This document shows positions 12,073-24,169 of a stretch of DNA of 64,000 nucleotides, piece by piece. Position 1 is the stretch's first letter. Each line of letters begins with the position of its first letter. Source of the stretch: Mobula hypostoma (Eukaryota); the NCBI RefSeq assembly GCF_963921235.1, contig NC_086108.1:99698001-99762000 (forward strand). Reading direction: 5' to 3'. The notes beneath the pieces were generated by a model. That model did no database searches, was not told the origin of the DNA, and was given only the letters and a program-made list of their open reading frames with translations. A program made the translations under genes and the position numbers.

Positions 12073-15000
12073 ATGACAGTGAGTTTAGGAATAGAATGAA
12101 GTGGAGGGTAAATGCGTGGCTGAGGGATTGGAGCAGGGGGCAGGGATTCAGATTGCTGGATTATTGGGTCCTCTTCTGGGGCAGGATGGGTAAAAAGGAT
12201 GGGTTGCACTTGAATCAGAGGGGAACCAATATCCTGGCGGGAAGGTTTTCTCAGGCTATTGGGGAGAGTTTAAACTAGGATTGCTGGGGGTGGGAACCAA
12301 ACTGAAGTGACGGAGGAAAGGGAGGTTGGCTCATAAATAGAGAAGGCATGGAAACAGTGCGAAAGGGAGGTTAGGCAGGTGATAGAGAAGGGACGCGCTC
12401 AGACCAATGGTTTGAGGTGTGTCTATTTTAAAGCGAGTATTATGAATAAAGTGGATGAGCTTAGAGCGTGGATCAGCATTTGGAGCTATGATGTTGTGGC
12501 CATTACAGAGACTTGGATGGTGCAGGGGCAGGAATGGCTACTTCAAGTGCCAGGCTTTAGATTTTTCAGAAAGGATAGGGAGAGGGGCAAGAGAGGTGGG
12601 GGCGTGGCACTGTTGATCAGAGATAGTGTCACGGCTGCAGAAAAGGAGGAGGTCATGGAGGGGTTGTCTACGGAGTCTCTGTGGGTGCAAGTGAGGAATA
12701 GGAAGGGGTCAACAACTCTAAGGAGTGTTTTTAAAAGACCACCCAATAGTAACAGGGACATCGAGGAAGAGATAGGGAGACAGATTCTGGAAAGGAGTTA
12801 TAATAACCGGGTTGTTGTGGTGGGAGATATTAATTTCCCAAATATTGATTGGCATCTCCCTAGAGTGAGGGGTTTAGATGGGGTGGAGTTTGTTAGGTGT
12901 GTTCAGGAAGGTCTCTTGACACAATATGTAGATAAGCCTACAAAAGGAGAGGCTGTACTTGATCTAGTATTGGGAAATGAACCTGGTCAGGTGTCAGGTC
13001 TCTCAGTGGGAGAGCATTTTGGAGATAGTGATCACAATTCTATCTCCTTTACCACAGCATTGGAGAGAAATAGGAACAGACAAGTTAGGGAAAAGTTTAA
13101 TTGTAGTAAGGGGAAATATGGGGCTATCAGGCAGGAACTTGGAAGCATAAATTGGAAACAGATGTTCTCAGGAAAACGTGTGGAAGAAATGTGGCAAATG
13201 TTCAGGGGATATTTGCATGGGGTTCTGAGTAGGTACGTTCCAATGAGACATGGAAAGGATAATAGGGTACAAGATCCGTGGTGTACAAAGGGTGTTGTAA
13301 ATCAAGTCAAGAAGAAGAGCTTAGGAAAGGTTCAAAAAACTAGGTATTGATAGGAATCTAGAAGATTATAAGACTAGCAGGAAGAAGCTTAAGAATGAAA
13401 TTAGGAGAGCCAGAAGAGGCTATGAGAAGGCCTTGGCAAACAGGATTAAGGAAAATTCCAAAGCATTCTACAAGTATGTGAAGAGGAAGAGGATAAGATG
13501 TGAGAGAATAGGACCAATCAAGTGTGACAGTGGAAAATGTTATGGAACCGGAGGAAATAGCGGAGGTACATAATGAATACTTTGCTTCAGTATTCACTAT
13601 GGAAAAGGATCTTGGTGATTATGGGGATGACTTGCAGTGGGCTGAAAAGCTTGAGCATGTAGATATTAAGAAAGGGGATGCACTGGAGCTTTTGGAAAAC
13701 ATCAAGTTGGATAAGTCAGCGGGACCGGACGAGATGTACCCTAGGCTACTGTCGGAGGTGAGGGAGGAGATTTCTGAGCCTCTGGCAATGATCTTTGCAT
13801 CATCAATGAGGACGGGAGAGGTTCCGGAGGATTGGAGGGTTGCGGATGTTGTTCCGTTATTCAAGAAGTGAAGTAGGGAGAGCCCAGGAAATTATAGGCC
13901 AGTGAGTCTAACTTCAGAGGTTGGTAAGTTGATGGAGAAGATCCTGAAAGGCAGGATTTATGAACATTTGCAGAGGCATAATATGATTAGGAATAGTCAG
14001 CATGGCTTTGTCAAAGGCAGGTCGTGCCTCACGAGCCCAATTGAATTTTTTGAGGATGCGACTAAACACATTGATGAAGGTAGAGCTATAGATGTAGTGT
14101 ATATGGAGTTTAGCAAGGCATTTGACAAGGTACCCCAAGCAAGGCTTATTGAGAAAGTAAGGAGACATGGGATCCAAGGGGGCATTGCTTTGTGGATCCA
14201 GAACCGGCTTGCCCACAGAAGGCAAAGAGCGGTTGTAGACGGGTCATATTCTGCATGGAGGCTGGTGACCTGTGGTGTGCCTCAGAGATCTGTTCTGGAA
14301 TCCCTACTCTTTGTGATTTTTATAAATGACCTGGATGAGGAAGTGAAGGGTTGAGTTAGTAAATTTGCTGATGACACAAAGGTTGGGGGTGTTGTGGAGG
14401 GCTGTCAGAGGTTACAATAGGACATTGATAAGATGCAAAACTGGGCTGAGAGTTCAACCCAGATAAGTGTGAAGTGGTTCATTTTGGTAAGTCAGATATG
14501 ATGGCAGAGTATAGCATTAATGGTAAGACCCTTGGCAATGTGGAGGATTAGAGGGATCTTGGGGTCCGAGTCCATAGGACACACAAAGCTGCAGTGCAGT
14601 TTGACTGTGTGGTTAGGAAGGCATACAGTGTATTGGCCTTCATCAACCATAGGATTGAGTTTAAGAGCCGAGAGGTAATGTTACAGCTATATAGGACTTG
14701 GTCAGACCGCACTGGGAGTACTGTGCTCAGTTCTGGTCACCTCACTACAGGAAGGATGTGGAAACCATAGAAAGGGTGCAGAGGAGATTTACAAGGATGT
14801 TGCCTGGATTAGGGAGCATGCCTTATGAGAATAGGTTGAGTGAACTCGGTTTTTCTCCTTGGAGAGATGAAGGATGAGAGGTGACCTGATAGAAGTGTAC
14901 AAGATAATGAGAGGCATTGATCATGTGGATAGTCAGAGGCTTTTCCCCAGGGCTGAAATGGCTAGCACGAGAGGGCATAGTTTTAAGGTGCTTGGAAGAA

Positions 15001-15227
15001 GGTACAGAAGAGATGTCAGGGGTAAGTTTTTTTTATGCAGAGTGGTGAGTGCGTGGAATGGGCTGCTGGCAATGGTGGTGGAGGTGTAAACAATAGGGTC
15101 TTTTAAGGGACTCCTGGATGGCTACATGGAGCTTAGAAAAATAGAGGGGTATGGGTAAAGCTTAGGCAGTTCTAAGGTAGGGACATGTTTGGCACAGCTT
15201 CATGGGCCAAAAGGCCTGTATTGTGCT

Positions 15228-15774
15228 CAAGCAATACACATAAAAGTTGCTGGTGAACACAGCAGGCCAGGCAGCATCTATAGGAAGAGGTACAGTCGAC
15301 GTTTCAGACCGAGACCCTTCGTCAGGACTAACTGAAAGAAGAGCTAGTAAGAGATTTGAAAGTGGGAGAGGGAGTGGGAGATCCAAAATGATAGGAGAAG
15401 ACAGGAGGGGGAGGGATGGAGCCAAGAGCTGGACAGGTAATTGGCAAAGGGGATATGAGAGGATCATGGGACAGGAGGCCCAGGGAGAAAGAAAGGGGGA
15501 GGGGGGAAGCCCAGAGGATGGGCAATAACAGATGGGGTGCGACGGGGAGGTGGGGCATTAACAGAAGTTAGAGAAATCAGTGTTCATGCCATCAGGTTGG
15601 AGGCTACTCAGACGGAATATAAGATGTTGTTCCTCCAACCTGAATGTGGCTTCATCTTTACAGTAGAGGAGGCCGTGGATAGACATATCAGAATGTGAAA
15701 AGGATGTGGAACTAAAATGTGTGGCCGCTGGGAGATCCTGCTTTCTCTGGCGGACAGAGTGTAGGTGTTCAACA
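15228..15774 (-). mobile_element. Penelope-like element (PLE) 3' fragment inside the CR1 tail
   Basis: GIY-YIG C-terminal remnant, pyrimidine-rich UTR and terminal repeat; TSD CTG(T/C)ATTGTGCT at 15216-15227 and 15775-15786. Confidence 0.88.
15293..15330 (-). ncRNA. Minimal type-I hammerhead ribozyme motif (PLE terminal repeat), core intact
   Basis: Minus strand UAGUC-CUGACGA-A-GGGU CUCG GUCU-GAAA-C-GUC-GACUG: stem I UAGUC/GACUG, core CUGANGA and GAAA, GUC triplet, palindromic ACGU in place of stem III. Confidence 0.75.
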
Positions 15775-16703
15775 CTGCATTGTGCTGTAGGTTTTCTATG
15801 TTTCTATGTTTCTAAGGAATAAAGTCTTATCCCATTCAAACTCAGGCCCTCCAGACTCACCAACATCCTTGTTCTCTGTACTTTTTCAACCTGATTTACA
15901 TCTTTCCTGTAGGTAGGTGACCAAAGCTGTAAACAATACTCCATGTTAGGAGTATAGTGATAAAATAGCTAACCAAGGTGATTTATTTTGGTTGAGTATA
16001 AATTGGAATCATTTAAGTAACTTGAGACAATTGTGAGGGTGTTTAACAGAATTGTCTTTTTTTCTCTCAATCATTACATCAACGTGAAAGTTACTTTATA
16101 CAATCCCTGAGCCCCACTGTTCCAGAACTGTGCGTTTTGCAAGATTAACAATAAATATTAATCAGTAAATAGGTCCTCCAATTCATCTAAAGGAAATTAT
16201 TGTTCTAGGGATAGATAACCGCAGATGAATAAATCAATGTGAGAAAGAGCTTGAAGCAATTGTTCAGGGAAAATGGCCAAGAGCATCAGAGTTTCACAGC
16301 AATTTGCCCCTCTAGGCAGAGCCCTCTAAGCCTCTAACCGAGTCAGAGTCTTTGGGCCTACTCCAGCTGTTCTGGGGATTTGAGTCTATGGACTCAATTT
16401 GGTTCAGAAGGCCATTGCTTGCTTCTATTGTTTGCATGATTTGTGTTTTTTCTCTTTCTCTGTGCATTGCATGTTGGTCTTTCTTGTTTTTAAATTGAGT
16501 TCTCTTGGGCTTCTTGATTTGTGGCTGCCTGTAAGCAGACAAATCTCAATGTTGTATAATATATCCATTCTTTGATAATACTGTAAAAGTACTTTGAATC
16601 TTTGAATCAATGATTTTATGATTATTCCCAAAAAGTAAATTGTTTGATCTTGAAGGCATTGCTAAGAGATTGTATGGTAGCTTCCAAATGGAAATTGGAA
16701 ATT

Positions 16704-17506
16704 GGATCTTCTAGTCAAGATGGCACCTGCTTACAATACACCTTTGGTCAACATCTTTTGGATAGATCAGGAAATTATATATTTCATTTCTTTTATGTCT
16801 TTTACATTTGTTTTTTGTCTTGAATGTGATTCTGGAGCTGTTGCAGCCTGTGATTTGCTGTTTGGAGATTGTTTGCGCTCTGCAGTCTCTGAGCGGATTC
16901 TAGGAGGCGGAGGCAGCGTGTGGGAACCTCGCAGTGAGAAGGCTGCAGGATGGGGCGCGATCCAACGTTTGACTCTATTTCGCTGTTTAAAGCTTCCATG
17001 TTGTTCGTTAATTAAAGCATCGAGGGAGATTGAAACGTCAAGGTGAATGCGGAAGGTGAGCGCTGACTGCCTGCCTTTTTAACGCTGCGCGTTCGCTCTG
17101 CTGCCAGAGAGGGAATGCTGCCATTTGATCGCTGGAGGATCGCTCTGCTATCGAAGAGTGAAGTCATCCTTTTGATCGCTGGTGAGATCACTTGCTGCCA
17201 GGGAGGGAACGGCCTGCCACTGTGCCTGGAGAGTGTTACCCAGGTTTCTGCACTTTGGAAATGGACTTGGACTATAGGCTTTCTTTCAGTGTTATAGTGT
17301 TTCTATATCTGTGCCTTTTGCCCAATCTTTCTTGTTTTTTTGCGTGTAGGGAGGGGGACTTGCAGGTCAATTTTACCTGTTCCATTTTTGATCACTTTTT
17401 GTGTGGGGAGGAAGGTTTGGGGTTCATGATCGTCTACCGCTCTTTTCTTTTTTGATCTGAATTTCAGAGTCGCATACTTTGATAATAAATGAACCTTTGA
17501 ACCTTT
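16704..17506 (+). mobile_element. Non-autonomous retroelement family B (AAGATGGC head, Rex1-like tail)
   Basis: Starts GTCAAGATGGC; ends GATAATAAATGAACCTTTGAACCTTTG, like the Rex1-type tails elsewhere in the window; no RT similarity in its ORFs. Confidence 0.55.
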
Positions 17507-17819
17507 GGATAGTTATGAGCCTAAGAAATTTGGTAAGTTAATGTATTGCAATCGCATGTACATTGACGTGCAGTAAAGAGCTTTGCTTTGTATGCCTGTT
17601 GTACAGATCATTTTATTGTAACAGTACATTGAGCGAATACGATAACAAAATGCAGAACAAAGTGTTATGGGAACAAAGAACAATGCAGGTAGACAATAAG
17701 GTACAAGGCCATAACAAGGTAGACAAAGAAGTCAAAAGTTCATCCTAGTGTACGAGGGACTGTTCATTAGTCTTGGAACGAAGGGCTATTGAGGAGGTAA
17801 AATGGGACAAAATGAATGC

Positions 17820-18245
17820 ACCTCAGGTCCCATGCCACCAGGTTCAGGAACAGTTATTACCCTTCAACCACCAGACTCCTGAACCAGCATGGATAACTTA
17901 CTCACCTCTGCTCTGAACTGATTCTATAGCCTGTGGACTCACTTTCATAGATTCCACAACTCAGTATTATTTACTCACATTTTTTTTATTATTTGCACAA
18001 TTTGTCTTCTTTTGCACATTGGTTGTTTGTCAGTCTTTGCTATTTACAGTTTTTCATGAATTCAATTGTACTTTTTTCCCTTAGATGCCTGTAAAAAATC
18101 AAGTCAAATCAAGTCAAGTCACTTTTTATTGTCATTTAGACCATAACTGCTGGTACAATACACAGTAAAGTATATGTCAATATCTCAATGCAGTATATGT
18201 TGACATACAGTAGGCACTTCAGTAATAAACTTACTTTCGACTTGA
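17820..18245 (+). mobile_element. Rex1/Babar-like LINE 3' end
   Basis: CCACCAGGTTCAGGAACAG motif and 3' UTR shared with the copies at 39600-40660 and 53840-54550. Confidence 0.65.
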
Positions 18246-18394
18246 GCTTTGCAAAGAACCAGCAGAGGGGCAATGGGCTGAATGGTCTGCTAGGCATTGT
18301 ATAATGTTATAAATGATGAAATAGAATGTGTTTGCTTGGTTCAGCATTGTACTTCCAATCTATTAAATTAGAAATAATTTTAAGAGGTAAAGAA

Positions 18395-19035
18395 AGTGTT
18401 TGGCATATTGGCCTTCATAAATCAATGTAGTGAGTACAGGAGTTGGGATGTTATGTTGAAGTTGTATAAGACATTAGTGAGGCCTAATTTGGAGTATCGT
18501 GTGCAGTCTTAGTCACCTGCCTACAGGAAAGATACAAATAAGGTTGAAAGAGTACAGAGAAAATTTAGAAGAATGTTGCTGGGACTGGAGGACCTGAGTT
18601 ATAAGGAAACATTGACTAGGTTATGACTATACTCTTCAAAAAAATAGAAGATTGAGAGGAGATTTGATAGAGGTATACAAAATTATGAGGGGTATAGACA
18701 GGGTAAATGCAAATAGGTTTTCTCCACAGAGGTTGCGGGGGACTACAACTGAAGGTCTTGGGTTAAGGGTGAAAGGTGAAAAGTTTAAGGGGAACACGTG
18801 GGGAAACTTCTTCACTCAGAGAGTCATGAAAGTGTGGAACAACCTATCAATGCAAGAGGTGCATGCGAGCTCGAATTCAACATTTAAGAGAAGTTTGGAT
18901 AGGTACATGGATGTTAGGGGCATGGAGGGCTCTGGTCCCGGTGTAGGTCAATGCGAGTAGACAGTTTGAATGGTTCGTCATGGACTAGATGGGCCAAAGA
19001 CTCTGTTTCTGTGCTGTACTTTTTTATGACTCCAT
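18395..19035 (+). mobile_element. CR1 LINE 3' fragment
   Basis: ORF 18652-18960 RGDLIEVYKIMRGIDRV...FFTQRV..VWN.L. Confidence 0.88.
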
Positions 19036-19419
19036 GAACTAAGTTGTGATTGAAGTGGTATTGATTTATTCATGATTGGACTTAAAAATAGCTGTAACTT
19101 TCATTTATGTAGTCTTATCATACTGAAACTTGCCAAGTTCCTTCATAGCAAGTTAAATAAAGTCTGATACCTCTTACGCTTAACAAAGTAGACTGAGATA
19201 GAGAGTTATTGAGATTTATTGAGAAAATTGCTGAGGCCCTGGATTATACAGCTGAAGGAATGGGCACCAACAAAAGGACACATGATAGGTCAGAACCTCA
19301 TGGGATTATAGAGCTGATGATGTTATTAGAGGTCCCTGCAGGGCCATCCAGGAAACTTGCATCCAGACACTGATTTTAGGTTCTTGAATGGTCTAATGCC
19401 ACTTCTAGCTCAAATGCTA

Positions 19420-19812
19420 TGTGCCAGGGTGGAGACATATCTCTGCCAAAGGATCTGTAAGGTGCTCCTTCCCTCCGTTAGCCTGCAGGTCACCCTTGGG
19501 CAAGATATAGCACCTGCTTAGCAACACTCCCCCCTCCCATCGCAGATCATGGTCATGTAAAGCCTTGGGAGCATTTGGTGGATGGTCTTATGAGCATCTG
19601 GTACATACCACAAGTCCTGATTTTGCGACCACAGACACCAGGCAGACAATCTCTGAAGAGTATTGATAATGATTGGGGTTACCAGCCTTGTAGACACTGC
19701 CGAGAAGACAGGAATGGCAAACCACTTTTGTAGAAAAAATTGCCAAGAACAATCATGGTCAGGAGACCATGATCACCAACATCATATGACACAGCGCAAA
19801 ACGATGATGATA
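19420..19812 (+). mobile_element. Short non-coding retroposon with RTE-type 3' tail
   Basis: AATGGCAAACCACTT...TTGCCAAGAA block, recalled from RTE-mobilised SINE tails, and a (GAT)n end; single copy in the window. Confidence 0.5.
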
Positions 19813-19855
19813 AATTCATATGCTTGCATATTCATAGGTTTGTATGCATTACTGT

Positions 19856-20170
19856 GTGGGCACGTGGCCAAGTGGTTAAGGCATTGGACTAGCGACCTGA
19901 AGGTCGTGAGTTTGTGCCCCAGCCGAGGCGACGTGTTGTGTCCTTGAGCAAGGCACTTAATCACACATTGCTCTACGACAACACTGGTGCCAAGCTGTAT
20001 GGGTCCTAAAGCCCTTCCCTTGGACAACATTGGTGTCGTGGAGAGGTGAGACTTGCAGCATGGGCAACTGCTGGTCTTCCATACAACCTTGCCCAGGCCT
20101 GCACCCTGGAGAGTGAAGACTTTCCAGGTGCAGATCCATGGTCTCGCAAGACTAATGGATGCCTTTAAAA
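19856..20170 (+). mobile_element. Young tRNA-derived SINE with a CORE-like block
   Basis: A box TGGCCAAGTGG, B-box-like GAGTTTGTGCC, GTGTCCTTGAGCAAGGCACTTAA; 12-bp TSD ATGCATTACTGT (19844-19855, 20171-20182); second copy at 35921-36241. Confidence 0.92.
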
Positions 20171-20421
20171 ATGCATTACTGTAACCTCTAGACTGAATCA
20201 TTCCAGTCACCAGCCTCCCAGCTACCTACCTCTGTAAACCTGGACACAACTATATCTTTGCTCTTTGATTCCTGACTCCTTGTCTCCCTTCATTGTCTTT
20301 ATTTGGTTGATGTCTGGAAATCTATTGTTTGGAATGAAAGCAACATCAGAGCCTTCACTCTCTCTGAAATGCAGAATTCCGAAGGTTTTCCACACTTCAC
20401 ATGAATAGATTTTTCCTTAAA

Positions 20422-20910
20422 GGGGAGGCGTGGTGGCGTAGTGGTTAATGTATCACTATTACAGCGCCGGAGATGCAGGTTCAATTCTCGCTGCTGTCTG
20501 TAAGGAGTCAGTAAAGAGTCCGTACCTTCTTCCCGTGACGGCATAGGTTTCCTCCGGGTGCTCGCGGTTCCTGCCACGTTCCAAAGATAGGGTTAGTGAG
20601 CTGCGGATGTCGCAAACACGAGGAAATCTGCAGATGCTGGAAATTCAAGCAACACACATCAAAGTTGCTGGTGAACGCAGCAGGTCAGGCAGCATCTCCA
20701 GGAAGAGGTACAGTCGACGTTTCGGGCCGAGATCCTTCGTCAGGACTAACTGAAAGAAGGGCTGGTAAGGATGTGGTATATTGGTGCTGGAAGCATGGTG
20801 ACACTTGCAGGCTGCCCCCAGCACAATCCTTGGATCGTGTTGTTCGTTGACGAAAAGCAACGCATTTGACTGTATGTTTCAATCTACACATGGCAAATAA
20901 AACTAATCTT
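20422..20910 (+). mobile_element. V-type SINE interrupted by a PLE terminal fragment (about 20612-20769, minus)
   Basis: A box TGGCGTAGTGG, B box GGTTCAATTC, V-like GGTTTCCTCCGGGTGCTC; GGATGT on both sides of the insert. Confidence 0.82.
20711..20748 (-). ncRNA. Minimal hammerhead motif, core intact
   Basis: UAGUC-CUGACGA-A-GGAU CUCG GCCC-GAAA-C-GUC-GACUG; one mismatch in stem II. Confidence 0.65.
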
Positions 20911-21679
20911 TAAATTTTCAGGATTGTTTTATCAGCTGCTAATATGGGTTAGTAGGTTAATTAGTCACGTGGGTGTAATTGGGTGGTGAGAGCTCGTTGA
21001 GCTGGAAGGACCTGTTACTAAGCTGTATATCTAAAATAAAAAAAACTTCTCTGTTTTAAACAGCCTTCCCTTTTATCTAATAGAGGGATGTGTAGTTCAC
21101 TGGCCAAACCTGCCCTTCAGTCATCGCTGTGTAAACGACTGATATTGGCTCAATCCTCAATCATCCTTGCACACGAACCATAGGAACACAGGAGCAGCAG
21201 CTGCTCGCTTTGCCCGTCGATGCTGTTCTGCTGTTCATCTGCGACTGAGCTCCATATTACTGGCCTTTTCCCCACATCCCAGAGGAATGAATGCAAGGAT
21301 GAGAGTTTAAAATAATTCCTGCTGCAGTGAGCAAAGTCTAGCTGCCTCCTCAGCAGAATCTAACATCTCGTTATTATTGCTCAATGTCAAGCGGTTGATA
21401 GTCCTTTGGAGTTTCAACCTTGTCTGATGATGTTAGTTTCCTTGATGTCATTTAAATATGCGGCTTGTTCAAAGTAAATTTATTATCAAAGTGCATATAT
21501 GTCACCATATACAAGCTTGAGTTTCTTTTTTTTAAATGGGCATTCACAGAAGAACAAAGAAATACAATAGAATCAATGAAAAACTACACAAACAAAGAGT
21601 GGAACAAACAAAGTGCCAAAGAAGGCAAACTGTACAAATAAAAATAATACAAGGGATTTGGTGTTTCCATACTAGGCCA

Positions 21680-22378
21680 TGATGCGACTAGTTGGTATAC
21701 TCTCCACCACACCTGAATGGGACCCGTTCTCGGGGTTTCAGGACCGGCCATTGTTCAGCATGCCAAGGGGTTGGCCTGAGAGATGGCCTGGTGTTTGGAA
21801 GCCTAAGATCTTGGGGCTCTGGAGAAGGGCGGATCAAGGGTCGGTGTCATGGCTGGAAACTATTGTGTCGTCGGGGAGGCCGGAAAATCTTTTGCTGTGG
21901 GCCCGAAGACCCGAGATCTTTGTGATCTTCGGGCACAGAGCTCATAAAAAGAGACAAAACGGACTTTTTAACATCGTAAACCAGGGAGTTGATGTTATGT
22001 CTCCTGCTCGCTGTGAAAAAGGAGATACCTCCCTCTCCCTTATCAGGGAGAGAGAGAACCTGTGGTTTGTCGAATGCCAAATGAAATGCAATGGTTTTTG
22101 GGGTAACTGCAAGGTCTGTGTCTTTGCTATCGCCTAGCTCACGCTTGTGCTCGGTAGCGGGTGCGTATTTTGCCGGGGGGGGGTGGAAGAGGAGGGTATC
22201 ATTGCCTTGCTGCCACTTACGTGTGGGGGGGGTAGCTGGGGGGGACCTTGGGGTTCTCACGTTTAACTGTCATTCATTCTTTGGGGCACTTCTCTGTTTT
22301 TGTGGATGTTTTGCGAAGAGAAGCATTTCAGGATGTATATTGTATATATTTCTCTGACATTAAATTGAACCTTTGAAC
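21680..22378 (+). mobile_element. Non-autonomous retroelement family C (Rex1-like tail)
   Basis: GC/CpG-rich body without RT motifs, ending ATTAAATTGAACCTTTGAAC. Confidence 0.5.
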
Positions 22379-22384
22379 ATTTAT

Positions 22385-23530
22385 ATCTTCACAAACTTTA
22401 AGGAAGTGGAGGCGTTGCCATGCTTTCTTCATAATAGCACTTACGTGCAGGACCTAAGACAGATCCTCTGAAATGTTAACCAAAGAATAAAAGTTACTGA
22501 CCCGCTCTATTTCTGATTCCCTGCTGAGGACTAGCTCACAGTGCTCTGGTTTCCTCCTCCTGAAGTCAAGAATTATCTCCTTGGTCTTGTTGACATTGAG
22601 AGAGAGTTTTTCAATCTCCCTCTTATATGCTGATTTGTTAACACCCTTGATTTGGCCCACGACAGTGGTGTCGTCAGCAAACTTAAATATAGCATTGGTG
22701 CTATGCTTAGCTTCACAGTCTTAGGTATTAAGTGAGTAGGGGGCTAAGCACACAGCCTTGAGGTGCACCCATGCTGAGGGAGATTGTGGAGGAGATGTTC
22801 TTGCCAATCCAAACTGAGTGGAGTCTGCAAATGAGGAAATTGAAGATCCAGTTGTACAAGGAGGTATTGAGGCCTAGGACATGAAGCTTGTTAATTAGTT
22901 TTAAGGAAACGATGGTATGACTTCGAGCTGTACTCATTAAAGAGCATCCTAACATAGGCATCTTTACTGTCCAGATGTTCCAGGATTGAGTGAAGAGCCA
23001 ATGAAATGGCATCTGCTGTAGACTTGTTGTGGCAATAGTCAAATTGGAGCCGCTCCAAGTCGCTTCTCAAGCAGGAGTTGATATGTTTCATCACCAACCT
23101 CTTAAAGCACTTTATCACAGTGGATGCAAATGCTACTGGACGATATTCAATGAGGCAGGTTACCACGTTCTTCTTAGGCACTGGTATAATTGAAGATTAT
23201 TTGAAGCAAGTGGATACCTCAGACTACAGAAGCAAGAAGCTAAAGATATCGGTGAAGATTCCAGCCAGTTGATCAGCACAGGGCCCTCGTACTCGGCCAG
23301 GTGCCCTGTCTGGGCCGGATGCTTTCTGTAGGTTCACCCTTCTCAAGGATGCTTTCACGTCAGCCTCAGAGACTGAAATCACAGGGTCATCAGGAGCTGT
23401 GGGAGTTCTTGAAGGTGCGTTCATGTTTTGATGGTCAAAGCGAGCATAAAAGACGATGAGCTCATCAGGGAGCGAAAATTTGTTGTCACCTTTGTTGCTT
23501 GGTTTCACCTTGCAGGAAGTAATATTTTGG
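22385..23530 (-). mobile_element. Rex1/Babar-like LINE RT fragment, degenerate
   Basis: KASGPD..PGRV...[70 protein letters not shown]. Confidence 0.9.
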
Positions 23531-23722
23531 TCTGGAATTGCTACCTTGTTACTTCTGCAAGTTATACCTCAACCCCTTGTAATTAACTTGGTCACCAAAT
23601 CTGAATGCCACCGGTCTGCTTCTGAAAGCGATACAATGAGCTCATTCAAGTTACAATATCAAATTATGTGGAAGTTGTAGCACTGAAACAGTCTACTAAT
23701 AAACTTGTTTACCCAGACAAAT

Positions 23723-23962
23723 AAACATAAGAAATTCTGCAGATGCTAGAAATCCAGAGGACCACACACAAAATGCTGAAGGAGCTCAGTAGGTCAGGCA
23801 GCATCTAGGCAGGGGAATAAACAGTCTACATTTTAGGCTGAGACCCTGCATCAGGACTGTCCTGATGAAGAGTGTCAGGCTGAAATGTCGACTGTTTATT
23901 CCTCTTTGTAGACACTGCCTGAACTGCTGAGCTCCCCTTGCATGTTGTGTCTGTTACTGTGG
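23723..23962. mobile_element. Palindromic PLE mini-element (two terminal repeats back to back)
   Basis: Inverted arms centred on CATCAGGAC-T-GTCCTGATG (centre 23858); each arm carries a hammerhead-like motif. Confidence 0.85.
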
Positions 23963-24169
23963 TCTTCTCCAGGTTCAGTTCTACTCAAATCCACCTGGAT
24001 CCCATTTCCTCTCACACTTGCAGCATATCTTTATAGAAAGGAGTCAAATGTCTAACATGTCCAAAATTCTAGTCAGTTTAATCCCATTTCTCGATCTCAT
24101 TGCATATGAGATCAGCAGGTTGTGGTTCCTAAATTGGTCATGTAGAGAGATTTTAAATGTCTTCTTCTA

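Larger units (their letters stand above)
11285..15813 (+). mobile_element. Near-full-length CR1 LINE: SGNH-esterase ORF1 remnant plus EN-RT ORF2, disrupted
   Basis: ORF1 VVVHIGTNDIG (about 11290-11430) and WLRDW...DGLHLN.RG (12096-12278); APE endonuclease ITETW, GDINFP, LDLVL, SDH (12379-13350); RT QHGF, FSKAFDKVP, FADDTK (13524-15089); tail (TTTCTATG)n at about 15790-15813. Confidence 0.95.

Noticed and set aside
19420..19545. HDV-like ribozyme at the 5' end (AGGGTGG/TCACCCT pairing, GGG, downstream hairpin)
   Set aside because: P3/L3 and J4/2 could not be fitted to the canonical fold by eye; needs a descriptor search on the family consensus.
19856..19930. tRNA gene
   Set aside because: The tRNA-like head runs directly into a SINE body with a TSD and a second copy; no convincing acceptor stem or terminator.
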